A stretch of DNA of 64,000 bases from assembly GCA_964016885.1 (NCBI GenBank), contig OZ024743.1, forward strand, positions 285,200,001 through 285,264,000, given 5' to 3'. This document shows positions 50,601-62,588 of the stretch, in pieces; position 1 is the first letter of the stretch, and each line of letters begins with the position of its first letter. A program made the translations under genes and the position numbers. The notes under the pieces are model-generated. The model was not told where the DNA came from. It saw only the letters and a list, made by a program, of their open reading frames with translations, and made no database searches. Source of the DNA: Eledone cirrhosa. Lineage: Eukaryota.

Positions 50601-53600
50601 GTGGAGGGAGTATGTGGACGCTGGATTTTTCCTTCCAAAATGCATGGTGGTACACTTGTCCACAGCCAGCTTCAGTTGCCAGTCTGTGATCCATTGCTGC
50701 ATTGTGTCCAGGTCTGATTGTAGGAAAGAGTTGTAAATTTCAGGATCAGTCCTTTTGATTTCAAGGTACAGCTTGACGTCATCTGCATATTTTAGTACCA
50801 TGGCATTCTGTAAGTTGGCGTCTATGTCATTAATATATGCCACAAACAAAAGAGGACCAAGAACAGATCCCTGTGGTACACCAGATGACATCTCATATGG
50901 TGAAGAATGCTGTCCTAGAACCGTGACTACTTCCTTTCGGCTGAGAATGAAGGATTTCAGCCAGTCGAAAAGATCATCCCTCACACCCATTGCAGAGAGT
51001 TTTGCCATAAGTCTTTTGTGTGGCACAGAATTAAAAGCCTTAGCAAAGTCAAGGTAAACAACATCCACCCATGAGCCGCTGTCAGTGATCCGGGTGATGT
51101 CCTCAAGGAACTCGATAAGCTGATCACAGCAGCTGGAGTTAGGGATAAATCTAAACTGTGAGGGCCGGATGAGGCTGTGAGAGCTCCAGAAGTTCCAAAG
51201 TGTTTCTCTGACACAGGATTCCATCAGTTTGGCCATACAGCTAGTAAGACTGACTGGACGATAGTTGACAGGTGACATGCGGTTGCCCTTTTTGAACAGG
51301 GGAATGACACTGGCAGTTTTCCACTGCTCCGGAGTAGCACCATTGCTGAGACAGTATTGAAAGAAAAAAGAAAGCTGGCGCAAAAGGAAATCCCCGCCAC
51401 GTTTGAGAAGCAGGTATGTCACACCATCAAGACCAGGGGAGGCATAGTTGCGCTTATTCTTAAGGTGACGTCGCAACATTGCAGGTGTAAATTCCAGTTG
51501 TTATGGAATTTGATGTTAGAGATGGTGGAGATGGTACATTCTGGTTTTCAACAGTAAAAATACTTGCATAGCACTCAGCAATGAGTTCTGCGCATTCCTT
51601 GGGATCGTCAGTGATCTGGCTTGTGTGGGGATTGCGAAGAGGACCAACTGGAGAGTGAGGTCTCTGCTTTGAATGAACATATTTCCAGAACACCTTACTG
51701 TCAGGATTGGTTGCGATGCACTGTTCAAATTCAAGCACTGCCTTCTTTGTCACTTGCTTGAGATGGTTAGAAGATTTATTCCGCTTTTTTCTGTTGGCAT
51801 CTGATCTATGCAGTTTATATTCCCGTTCAGCGTTCCGACGTTCTTTCCTGGCAAGTCGGACCGCTGAAGTTTCCCAGATTGCACTTTTGGGGTGGTTATT
51901 TTTCCGCTTCCGTGGCACTGATGCTGCACACGCTATCCATATTGAGTCCAGGATGCTCTGGAGTATAGAGTTCACATCTCCAGAGTTATACATGAATAAA
52001 ATTTTAAGAATAAAATGTAGTGAAATTAGTCAAAGCATAAGAAAAAGTGGGTGGATGTGATAACAGAAAGAAGATATAAGAGGAGAATAAAAGAGGGAAT
52101 GGGGTGAGAGAGGGAAAAGAAAAGAGACAGGCTGAAAGAAGAAAGATAAAAAGGAGAAAATGACAGGAGAAAAGGTGAAAAGAGATGAAGAGAAAAAGCA
52201 AGAAAGAGTGAGAAAGGAAAAGAGAAAGTTGTGTGTGTATAGGAGATTATGAACAACTTACCTAAGACTTTATCAACATCTAAGACTGATGGTAGAGTTA
52301 AAGATGTCTGACAGCTAACTAAAAATAAGAACAATGAACAATATGGACAATTGATTAAGCAGAAACATTTAGATAGAACAGAACAAAAGAAATCTTGCTA
52401 CTACAGCCATTATGAAGTGCCTCTTTGTCTGTCTGGTTAACTAAGTTCTAACAATGTCAATTCACAGTTGAGTATTATTTAACAGTAAGAAGTACATCCA
52501 GCTATAAAAAATAATTGCTAATTTTATAAAAGCAATCCATTCCATTACAAAAATGGATGTAAAACAGTTATTATTTCAATGTTTAACCCTTTACAATTCA
52601 CATTACTTCATATTAACTATTGTATTTTACAATTTTCAAAAGGCTTTAGCTCACATAATATCGAATCTACGAGATTTTGAGAACACTACCTTAATGTCGG
52701 TATGAGCGACCAGTTACAACTGGTTTGAACAGAAAGAGGTGAGAGAATTCTGGCCGGTTATGGCTGGTTTAAACGCTAAAGGGTTAAATATCATATTTAT
52801 TATTTCATATTATCATGTTTATTTTCATATTTATTATTATTATCATTATTATTATTCTGATATTAAACAGCCAAATTAGCTTACCCTAACTTCCCGGTAT
52901 TATGACTTCGATATACAAACTTCGCTATGACCTTTTCAAAGCATTTTGTCAGGTCGACTTTGACCCTCCATCCTCCTCAAATCAGGCAGACTAACTTCTC
53001 CTTCTCTTAACATTTGGCACGGCGATACCAATTCAGATAAGATGATGTTTTCTTTAGTCATCTTTTTATTTATATATTTTCATATTATTATTATTTCGAT
53101 GTTTAAATTTCATATTCATAAATATTTTGCATTATGTTTATTTTTATATTTATTATTATTATTCCGATATTTAAAAGCTGAATTAGCTCGCCCTAACATT
53201 CCACTATAATGTCTCTTCATGGGAAGAGCATCCAGTCAGAAAAACCAAGCCAAAAGCAGTTCTGTGTGAGCAAGACATAGTCATCTTATCTGATTTGTTT
53301 CACAACTGGACAACTCATCTAACTCATGCTAGCATGGAAAATAAATATTAAATGGGCATTGCGTGCAGAGGACCTGTGCAGACTGGAAAGGAACGAAGCA
53401 TGCATGCTCCATTGGATGTGTAATAGTAATATACACCAACGGCTAAACATAAATGAACTAAGTGAGAAATTAGGAATAAGAGGGATCAGATGGTATTTAC
53501 TCAAGAGAAGACTATGTTGGTATGGTTGCATGATGCGCATGAAAGACGACAGTTGTATAAAAAATTGCAGGGTGATCAAAATTGATGGAAGTTACAGAGT

Positions 53601-54582
53601 AGGTAGACCCAGAAAAACCTGCGACGACATGATAAATTCCAACCTTGCACACTTGCACCTCTCTAAGACAATGTCACTGGATCGAGATCTTTGGCGCCAC
53701 GCAGTAATACAGAAGACCTGCCTTCCCTACGTGCAAAGTTAACCTACAGTCCGTAGGCCCCTCCAAACCAAACATACACCCCAACCCACTACCCCATCCT
53801 TCCACTCCCACCAACACCATCCTTTCTCTATAAAGTTATGTTGGTACCACAACATCCAGTCCAAACTAATGAGGTTGTGTAGGTGTCACGCCAAAAAAAA
53901 AAAAAAAAAAAAAATACAGTTCACACTGTAATGTGGTCGTATAAAAACCTCCCAGTCCTCACTGTAAATGTGGTTGGTCTTAGGAAGGGCATCCAGCTGT
54001 AGAAAACCTGCCAGATAGTCCAATATGAGCGAGACACGGTCACCCAACCAATCTTGCTTCTAATGGGACAATTCCTGTCTAACCCATGCTAGCGTGGAAG
54101 ATAGATGTTAAACAATGATGATGATGATGACGATGTATGAATGTGCGTACAGTATATTTAATAATATACTGTATGTTTATTTTAAAACATTTTGAAGACC
54201 ATTCGCTATGAATTTTAAAGTAGTGACTATGGTCACATACTTAGTCTCTGCAAAAGCAAAGGAGAGTAATCAACGGTAGTACCGTTTCTCACTTGTAAGT
54301 GGTTGTCAAGACTACATATCCCTTCGCTTCTGCCGAGAGTTATAGCTGGATTCTTATAGAATTCCAGTTATGTTTTAAGCTGTTTAAACTCATTAACATA
54401 CAGAGCAGCTGCCGGCCCAGCAAAAATTAGAAATTAGTATTGGTGCTCTGAAATAGCGATGTATATATGAATGTACGTATAGTATATTTGATAATATACT
54501 GTATGTTTTGTTTAAAACATTTTGAAGACCATTTGCTATGAATTTTAAAGTAGTGACTTTAAGTGCTTCGAATGGTGTACCG

Positions 54583-54615
<33 letters not shown>

Positions 54616-55865
54616 TACAGAGCTAGAAGCTAGAAGATTGAAAAATGTAATACTTTACCAGTGACAGATTTCTTAGAGTTTACATTATCATTTGGCACTG
54701 ATTTTTCTGGAATATATAAAAACAAATATGAATAACTAAATAAATAAAAAATGGGATAATTTCTATTTTTTAAAAGCTAACAGCAGGCTGAGTGAATATG
54801 ACATTCACCTGCTAATTAAAATGCAAATGTTCATCCTGCTATGAATAGTTGCCAAATTTTCCTGTTATCACACCCTACTGTGTTTTAGGTAATGTAGATC
54901 TAGGCACACTGAAAAAAAAAGATTGGATATTCACAGCTTGAAAGCATTAAATCATTGTTCATCTGAATTGGGTTTTATCTGAGGCTCAGCTACAATAAAG
55001 CTGATTGTGTCACATTGATGGTATCATTTCCTAACAAAGACCCCTTAACTCTCAATTGTTCCTTACAAGAAGCAAAACATAGGTATCATGTGGAGGTAAG
55101 GCACTAAATTAATTCAACTCTGATTTGAAAGATTGCAGTGCTGAACTCTAATTATTTCCTCAGTTATAGAAGTTCATTAGGCTAATCACTAGTTGGCAGT
55201 TATCTCTGATTATGAAAAAATAAAGCAGTTGGCTATTTGTCTCAACAAAATTTATTTTTTCTTTGTTGGCACAGGTTTGGTGGGTTTTACAGCACCTGAT
55301 CATTTGTTCCAGTCCTTCATCATCTAACATGTGCAGTAACAGAGAAACCCACTCAAATCGCATCCTACTACATTAAATAATCTCCTACATGCCCCTAAAA
55401 TGACTGGGTGGTCATGACTGGAATGCCTTTGATCATAGATCTGCTTGATCAGGGCTGACTCACTGCTAATCCTTGTTGTTGTTCTGTCATGTCATGTCAT
55501 GGGCATGACATCCTCCCTAGCACGGGTGCTATGATAAAATCTTAGATAAACTCACTATCGCCATTTTAAGCTTGCCAAACAAAAGATGGAGAGACGCCTT
55601 CAGTCACGTCATGGACATAATAGCCTCTCTAGTGTTGGTGATCTACACAATAAACACACCCAGTACATGCTGTAAAGTGGTGGGTGATAAGAAGAGCATC
55701 CAGACAACCTCTCCTGTGCACTCAATAGAACGTGAAACCGTACATAAGGGAGATGTAGATTTCCTGGCCTGTCTGGGAGGTCAGTAGTCCTACATCAGTA
55801 CCGATTTGATCTATGTAGACCCATTCAACCCTTGCTAGCAGGGAAAGCAGATGTATGTCAATCAA

Positions 55866-55929
<64 letters not shown>

Positions 55930-58900
55930 GGTGTGGACGATATTTGTTCGCAAGATTACTGTCTAGGAAAAAATAACACAGTAGTTTTATTTTTTAAGAT
56001 ATATTTATCAAACTTGGGTCAGTTTGTCTTCATGACTTGTTCTTTCGATCTCACTCGATAAACCCGCCATTAGCTTTGATGACGGCCTCAAGGCGGCCTT
56101 GGAACCAGCTACAGGCTTTCGTCACTGTCCCCCGACTTAGGCCCCTAAAGGTACTTGTAATCTTGGCCTTCAGATCGTCTTTCGTATTGCAGCTAGATCT
56201 GTTGGTGTCTCGTTCCACTGCGCCCCACACAAAGAATTCGAGGGAGTTGCAGTCAGGCGAGCTGAGAGGCCAGATGTCAGGTGAAGTGTGGTCGATGAAG
56301 TTCTCTGACAGCCAGGCTTGGGTCTTTCGGCTGGTATGGCAGGGCGTTGAGTCTTGCTCCCACACGTATGGCCTACCTGCAGCTACCTGGTCGATCCAGG
56401 GCTTTACTACCTCGCTCAGAACGCGGATGTAACCATCGGTGTTCAGCTTGAGGCCCTCAGGGAAGAAGTGAGGTGGCATGACGTCATCTAAGACCAATGT
56501 TGTCGCTGGAAACTTTGTCTGCATGACTCTGGGCACGTCTTTGGATGAGACAGCGAGCCACCTGTTGTTCTAGGAGTTGATCTTCTGGTCCTTATTTGTC
56601 CTCCCGGCGCGTATTCCAAGAAGAACTCTGTGTCTCTTCCACAAATTTGGAGGTTCAAAATTATTCATAATCAATTATTCTGAAAATAAATAATGGAAAT
56701 ATAGTCACTGTTTTTATGAAGACAAGAGTGACAACGGAAGTAAAAAAAAATTTGCATAAAATTAGCAGTTGAAAATTGCGAACAAATATCGTCCACACCC
56801 TGTATATATATATATCAATCTCTTTTTGTTGAATTGATAAGTTATGGGGCATAAACAAACACAGACATGGGCACGCACACAAACATAAATATATACAATG
56901 GTTTTCTGCAGTTTACAACAACCAGATTTCACTCATAAGACATTGGTCTACCTGACACTATAGTAGAAAACACTTGCCCAAGATGCAACATAATGGGTTT
57001 GAACTGGAAATCGTGGTTATAAAGTAAACTTTTTAACTATACAGCTATGCTTATGTAATGAAAATAACAAATTCAATGATACAAAAATTTAGTATATAAA
57101 TAGTGAATAGCATTGTTTTTTGAAAACATACCATTTTTATCAGCATTTTCTATTGGAGAAAGTACAACAAAATGGGTAGCAAAATACTGCTCTATGGCCT
57201 CCTGAGCTTTTTTCTCAACTGAAGGACTGCAAACAGAAGATAAAAGATACAAATAAGAAATAAGTTTCGTTATTTGGAAGCCTGGCAATACATGTTTGGT
57301 AAAAATGCCAAGATAATAAGAAAGAAAAAAAAAACATCTTTTTCTTCTAATTTCTTATTACCTTGACATTTTTACCAAACATGTATTGTCAGGTTTCCAA
57401 ATAATTGTTTCTACTTTTGGCACAAGGCCAACATTTATCCCAGTGCTTTATTTTATCGAACCAGCAAAGCAAACTACCACACCTTAAAAGATAAAAGGTT
57501 TAAAATATTGTGCTTCCTCATTTAAACATTTCATTGTTATACATAATTTTTCCTCTAAGAAAGAATTCCAATCGCATAAAATCTACAGACAGGGGAATAT
57601 ATAATAGTTTCAACACAATACAACAGAATATGCAATGTAATCCCAATGCATATTTGAATATGGCATTTCTGTGTGTATTTCTGCAGTACACTTAATTCAC
57701 TTGTCAGGTGTAGGTGTAATATTTATAGTATTCTAAATAATAGCTTGTTTTGTTCTGTATTCTACTATTTATATGTATGTACAGTAAATATTGTGGAGGT
57801 GCATACCTAGCGGTAAAGGTATTAGACTTACGATCATATTATGGGTTCTATTCCCTGACTGGGTTGTGTTGTGTTCTTGAGCAAAACACTTCATTTCATA
57901 TTGCTCCAATATACTCAGCTTAAAATGAGAGCAGCACTAGCTGGGGGTTTAACCCTGCAATGGACTGGCGTCCTGTCTAGAGGGAAGTCTTGTACTTTCA
58001 GTTGCTTAATGCAATGGAAACCTGGATAAGCACCAGCCTGATGAGCTGCCAGCCTCAAGACAGACTTTAGACAGTAAATAATGGCATAAATAAAACAAGT
58101 TTTCTGCTTCCACCTGAAGCTCAGCTTTGATACACTGTGTAGATAAGTGATGAGCCACACAGTACCGTTACAGCAGATATCTGAGGATTTGAACTTACTT
58201 CTGGTTTTGGATTACATAATGCTCGCAATTTACTCAGCTAAATAAATTACTATTGTGGATTTATTTAATTGTCACAAACAACAAATTGGCAGTGAAGATT
58301 TACAACTGTAATAACCAGCTTGTGACACTAAGATGGAGTTTAATAAATACTTAAATATTGATGATGCATAGCTAATATAGTTTAACTTAAAAGTACTTAT
58401 ATATGAGGGTTGGCTGAAAAATTCATAGGCTGACTATGAAAGAGTGATGCTAGAGCTGTGAAATCTTACACACATTAATTTCAACTCTTCTTTTAATAGC
58501 TGCATTGTTTCTTTCCATAATAAACCTCATCTGGTCATTCCATGAGTATCTTCTGACCTTTGTATGACACTAAGCCTGAACTGGTTAATCTAAAATTGCT
58601 AGCATTGTGATATCAATGTAACCATCAAACTGGGGATATGTATAAAATGTTGACTCAGCCACTATTCTAATTGCAGCCTTTTTTATGTTCCAGTAGAAGT
58701 TCAATAAATATAAGGAAACTTCTATTTTCCATCTTCTTTAAACTTGATATTCCAATGGAGCAGAACTCATTCTATTAAAGGATTGGTTATTCTGACCTGG
58801 TAATAAAACTGAAAGTTTTACTGACAAGCTAAAATCTAATGATGCAGCAGAAGGAACTGTACAAACAATCAACTCTACATTAAATTACAGTCCACAGTTT

Positions 58901-61045
58901 AGAAATTTGATATTTGTTAAGGGTTCTTTTTGAAAATCATAGGGCACATAAAACAAAGCTCATCCATCTATTGTAGGTAAATTTCCCCAGTGTAGAAACT
59001 GAACTCAGCACTGAAAACCAGTAAATCATTCTTCAATTTCATAATGCAACTGCCATTTTCAGTTGAATTATACCACTCTGTAGTATCTATTTACATGTAG
59101 ATGGACTAAACTACTGAAAGTTATGTCTTAACCTCAGACACAGTTCATTTCCAGTGATCAGACACAAACTAACAACCTTACAGTTAGTTGTTCAATATGT
59201 AACATTTCAAATTTGCAACTCTTAATATGGACCCACCTGAATTTGCTCAAAGTAAAATGTACATATTTAAATAAAAAATCCTGGTCAAAATATTATTATA
59301 ACTTTGATAATAGAATCTAAATGGTCAACACCAGTATAATATCCCAACATATATGTTGCAGATTTTTAAACAACAAGAAAATTAATTGAAACAGGCAGTC
59401 TTCTTGTTTGAAATATAGTCACAAAAAGATTAAGGTTCAAGGTTCTGACCTCATATACCTTCTTGTTAATCTTTTCCTTTAAAATATGATGAAGAAATGT
59501 AGTACCAAATGCTTATGGGATCATTTGATTCTGAATTCCTTCATTATAGTTTGATGATGGTAGTCATGAAGTAGTATTGGTCATGGTGGTGAAGATGAAA
59601 TGGCAATAGAAATGAGTATAGTAACAAGAAAATAGTGATGACAAAAATGATTGAGATTATAAGCTTGCTTACTTGAATGTGGACTTATATTGAGGTTTTT
59701 CATCTATTTCAACTGGATGTAAAGTAGCCAGTTGATCAATTGTCCACTGAAAATGCTACAAGAAAGAAAATTATCATGTAGGACATTTGACAAAGTAAAA
59801 TAAATAACATAACAAATTCTTCATAAGACACTAAACCATAAGTTGTGATAAGTCGTGATAAATGTGCCTAACAGAACTAGAGAAAAACGAATAAAAGATC
59901 ACATAACTGTGCTACCAGCATTTTATATACATAGCCATTAAACTACTGAAAATGAAAGAATGAATGAAAAAAAAAAAAAATACAATGAATAGTTTTTTCA
60001 AACTCAGCACAAGATCATTTTTTTAAAAGTCAGGTGTAGTCAATTGATTCTAGTTTTTAAAAATGTTTATCCCTTTAAATTTGGAGTCCAAATTTTGCAA
60101 TTATTTGTTTTATCTACCATAGCGAGATGAAAGAGAAAGACCACAAGCATGGTCATGTGTCTTTGACTGCTTCACAGCTATATGGTTTCTATTCAATTCC
60201 ACTATGCAGAACCTTGGACAAATGTCTTCTACCATAGCCTCAATCCAACTAAGATATTGTGATTGAAATTTAGTAGAAGGAAACTCTGTGGAAACCCATT
60301 AAAACAACTATTTGTGGCCTTGGATGATACACTTAATCCATCATCCAGTTTAACACTACCACCTAGCCCTTATATGCGTTAAGCAAAATCCACTCTGTTA
60401 CAAGTAATTGAACCAAGTTTCCCTTTTAAGAATATTTTTCTCCATTTCTCCCACCTATCTTAGAGGTCTGAAAAAAGGTCATGGAAACTACCCTACCTCC
60501 TCTGACTGAGTAATAAAAGAAAGAACAGAATTTAAACTCATAATGTAAGGTGATGTGATAAAATTAGAAGGTACCCAGTCATACAAACAGTGTGTAAAAG
60601 TCCAAACTATTTACACACACATACACATAGTAATAAGATTTGATATTACCTTCTCTTGTGAAGTTGGAGCTGTCACACTGAAAATTCCAGGACTGACTAT
60701 GGAATTGCTCAATTTGTTAATAAGTGCAATTTCAAAAGGGTTCTTTATTTGTGATTGTGGTGTTGAGTGATGATGATGCCTGGAATATTGGTCTTTGACA
60801 CTTTGGGGTGTATTATGAATTACTATGGAGCGAGCAGGGCAGGAAGCTGATGACAGAGCAGATGCTATAGACTTGCTGTAAGGGCTGTTTATCAAAGATC
60901 TAATAACATATCCATTCCTCTCAAGAGGAGACGGTGTGTGGTTAAAATTGCTCTTCTGGTTGAGCGGCGTACTTTTGATATCATTTGGCACAGGATTGCT
61001 GGATAGTAAACGTGGACTAGAGTCCGGAGATAATGGCGAGGACAT
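41596..61045 (-). CDS. BORA: Protein aurora borealis (Aurora A/PLK1 activator), 10 coding exons, ~697 aa
   Basis: Conserved BORA motifs occur in order on separate exons: NPFE, SPGIF, FQWTIDQLATLHPVEID, EKKAQEAIEQYF..VLSP, CQTSLTLP..DVDKVLG, SLRRKLF, LSSSP, and a DTGYMS degron. All introns are GT-AG with consistent phases. Confidence 0.92.
42361..43248 (-). CDS. BORA: BORA exon 9
   Basis: ccag|GDVPMESAMKTP...QDTGYMS...GASTPTGKDFYKSA|gtaagt; an 888 nt open Ser/Thr-rich exon. Confidence 0.85.
44600..45050 (-). mobile_element. RTE/SINE 3'UTR tail with ~46 nt tandem subrepeats
   Basis: CCATGCTAGCATGGG, GGTTTCTACAGCT and repeated GGGTGCTTTTTGTCATGTCACCAACACAACC. Confidence 0.65.
45251..45494 (-). 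CDS. BORA: BORA exon 8
   Basis: tttcag|NPLSSSPVIHRN...LFSPCVSPI...NIS|gtattt; 244 nt, phase 0 to 1. Confidence 0.85.
46488..46566 (-). CDS. BORA: BORA exon 7
   Basis: tttcag|RSDESFSDGELPAPIPTTPDWDRCASA|gttagt; 79 nt, phase 2 to 0. Confidence 0.8.
46720..47200 (+). mobile_element. RTE APE endonuclease fragment
   Basis: AGDFKGHIG..YGTTNEE..RFLEFCDANDL..NTNF..HLITYKS. Confidence 0.75.
47217..47535 (-). mobile_element. RTE 3'UTR copy, nearly identical to 5610-5930
   Basis: CATCATCAACGTTTAACGTCCGTGTTCCACGCTTGCATGGG... shared almost verbatim. Confidence 0.9.
47700..48920 (-). mobile_element. Degenerate Gypsy gag-protease relic
   Basis: Minus strand encodes gag-like KVFELIATCDSYEDAINCLKDI, aspartic protease HALIDSGSIEY (48181-48213) and SLCLDVKLG. 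Confidence 0.65.
49510..49654 (-). CDS. BORA: BORA exon 6
   Basis: ttatag|EYMTYDEKKSYSENSQSDSFGTTSLRRKLFCQEFQESDSSMISSNRA|gtaggt; 145 nt, phase 1 to 2. Confidence 0.9.
49676..51995 (-). mobile_element. 5'-truncated CR1-clade LINE with RT, 3'UTR and (TTA)n tail
   Basis: YLDFAKAFNSVPH, GVPQGSVLGPLLF, KYADD, VRPHLEFASSVWNP and TRGH..FFTLRV..WNKLP; one frameshift near 51470. Confidence 0.95.
52262..52318 (-). CDS. BORA: BORA exon 5
   Basis: tttttag|VSCQTSLTLPSVLDVDKVLG|gtaagt; 57 nt, phase 1 to 1. Confidence 0.9.
52583..52787. mobile_element. piggyBac-type MITE
   Basis: TTAA|CCCTTTA...TAAAGGG|TTAA. A partial copy in the opposite orientation lies at 37229-37385. Confidence 0.7.
53220..54130 (+). 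mobile_element. RTE LINE 3' end with 3'UTR and (TGA)n tail
   Basis: WALRAEDLCRLERNEACML..GRPRKTCD, preceded by another tail fragment at 53220-53350. Confidence 0.9.
54131..54558 (-). repeat. 1.3-mer direct repeat, period 330, containing a hammerhead (retrozyme-like)
   Basis: 54131-54228 repeats at 54457-54558. Confidence 0.7.
54245..54339 (-). ncRNA. Type I hammerhead with U3-A8 core variant and extended stem I
   Basis: GTAGTC-TTGACAA-CCACTTACAAGTGA-GAAA-CGGTACTACCG-TT-GATTAC, plus a further 14 bp stem GCAGAAGCGAAGGG/TCCTTTGCTTTTGC. Confidence 0.7.
54659..54706 (-). CDS. BORA: BORA exon 4 (48 nt, symmetric)
   Basis: ttccag|EKSVPNDNVNSKKSVT|gtaaag; phase 1 to 1. No conserved motif; supported by splice sites and phase only. 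Confidence 0.65.
55927..56802 (-). mobile_element. Internally deleted Tc1/mariner element (maT/DD37-type)
   Basis: Perfect 27 nt TIRs CAGGGTGTGGACGATATTTGTTCGCAA with TA flanks. The transposase C-terminus EQDSTPCH..SPDCNSLE has a 37-residue spacer. Confidence 0.9.
57132..57226 (-). CDS. BORA: BORA exon 3
   Basis: tttgcag|PSVEKKAQEAIEQYFATHFVVLSPIENADKN|gtatg; 95 nt, phase 2 to 1. Confidence 0.9.
57795..58050 (+). mobile_element. Diverged tRNA-derived SINE
   Basis: GGAGGTGCAT..GGGTTCTATTCCC..TTCTTGAGCAAAACACTTCATTTCA. A further degenerate copy lies at ~28630-28850. Confidence 0.65.
59673..59755 (-). CDS. BORA: BORA exon 2
   Basis: ttgtag|HFQWTIDQLATLHPVEIDEKPQYKSTF|gtaag; 83 nt, phase 0 to 2. 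Confidence 0.92.
60650..61045 (-). CDS. BORA: BORA coding exon 1
   Basis: MSSPLSPDS...KNPFEIALINKLSNSIVSPGIFSVTAPTSQEK; donor AAG|GTAATA; an acceptor lies 9 nt upstream of the ATG. Confidence 0.88.
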
Positions 61046-62588
61046 TGTGGAGAGCTGTGCAAAGAAAGAAGAAAACAATAAAAAATGTCCTTTGTCTGAT
61101 TTTTAATATACTCAAACAGTATTTAAAAATCTGAAAGAGAATCTTGTGGATAATAAGCTTCTGCTCCCCACTTAGCTCCTTTTCTTATTTGGTTACATTT
61201 GGCAGAGCTATTCATACAAAAATCACTCCTGCAGAGATACAGGAAACTTTTGTCCTACATATCTATCCTACCACAGACATATTACACTCTTTAGAAATGT
61301 TGTTTTATGTACCTTTTATAATAAATGGTTTATAATTTAGACACAAAGCCGGCAATTTTTGGATGGAGGGTTATGTCGATAATATTGACCTCAGTACTAT
61401 ACTAGTATTTTATTTTATCAACTCTGGAACGATGAAAGGCAAAATTGATTTTAATGGAATTTGAACGCAGAACATAAAGAACCATAAAACCACAATGTCA
61501 TTGTTACTCCAATCCACCAACCTTGAAAAGCTGTTCTACTGTAGGTTAGTACACATGAAAATGGGACTACACAGGTAATCTTCCAAAGCCTGTCAACTGG
61601 AATTAAGAGAGTGTCAGGAAGTACACATGTTTTAGGCACTTAAGTACATATAGAACACCACTACACTGTTGCTAAGCCATATGCAGGAAGAATTTCATCA
61701 GTAGCAGAGTTAGGATAGAAAAATTTCAAAGTTATTCAAGGTCCTGAAGCCATCTGAAATAAATTTGTTTCTTCCTAATTTGTTATCATTAATTCCTTCC
61801 CCTAATATCTAGTACAAAGAGATTTTGGAAGCCATTCCTATGTTCAAATTTTCTAATTTATCAAGTTCTATGAATGAATGACAATAATAGATCAAGAACA
61901 TTGAAATAATCATCTGTTCACAATCCAATAATATCAGCAGATACCTTACACTGGCAAAAAGCAGTGAATTTTAAAACTTAGATTTTTGACACATAAAATT
62001 TACATGCTCTATGACAAAAATTGGAATACTGGAATATATCTGAGCTAAATGTATTTATCTAGGCAGCAACTGGCAGCACCAGATCTTAAAGTTTGTCTTT
62101 AATATAACTTACAGAGGAAAAATGGTGGGAAAATTTGTGAATAATAACTATCATACTGAAATATAAACATTAGAATTGAAGACTTAACGGTCTGTAATTT
62201 AAAATTTCATTACAAAGTAAAAAAAAAAAAGTTTGTGATGATAGAATACTCGGAGATATGTAAAATTTCGGAAAAAACCTGATTCTTTTATATATGAGAT
62301 TGGACATTTATAAAAAAAAAAATAAAAAGAACTTATTACAAAATTTCCATTGATCATATTTTCAATTTTTGATACATTCTATTAAGATTAAATAGTGAGT
62401 CTTGTTACTCTGGAGTTTCGCCTGTATATCATAGGGTCATCATAAACAGGCGAAACTCCAGAATAACAAGACTCACTATGTAGCCTTAAAAAAATGAATA
62501 TTTAAATTCTACTTCGGTATTGAGTACTTTTTTCTCAGCCGTCAACTACACACACATATATATATATATATATCTTTAAAATATTTTG

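Noticed and set aside
56051-56536. DD37E as a novel transposase subtype
   Set aside because: SPDCNSLE is more simply a decayed SPDCNPLD (DD37D/maT) in a deleted copy; the first catalytic Asp region is missing.
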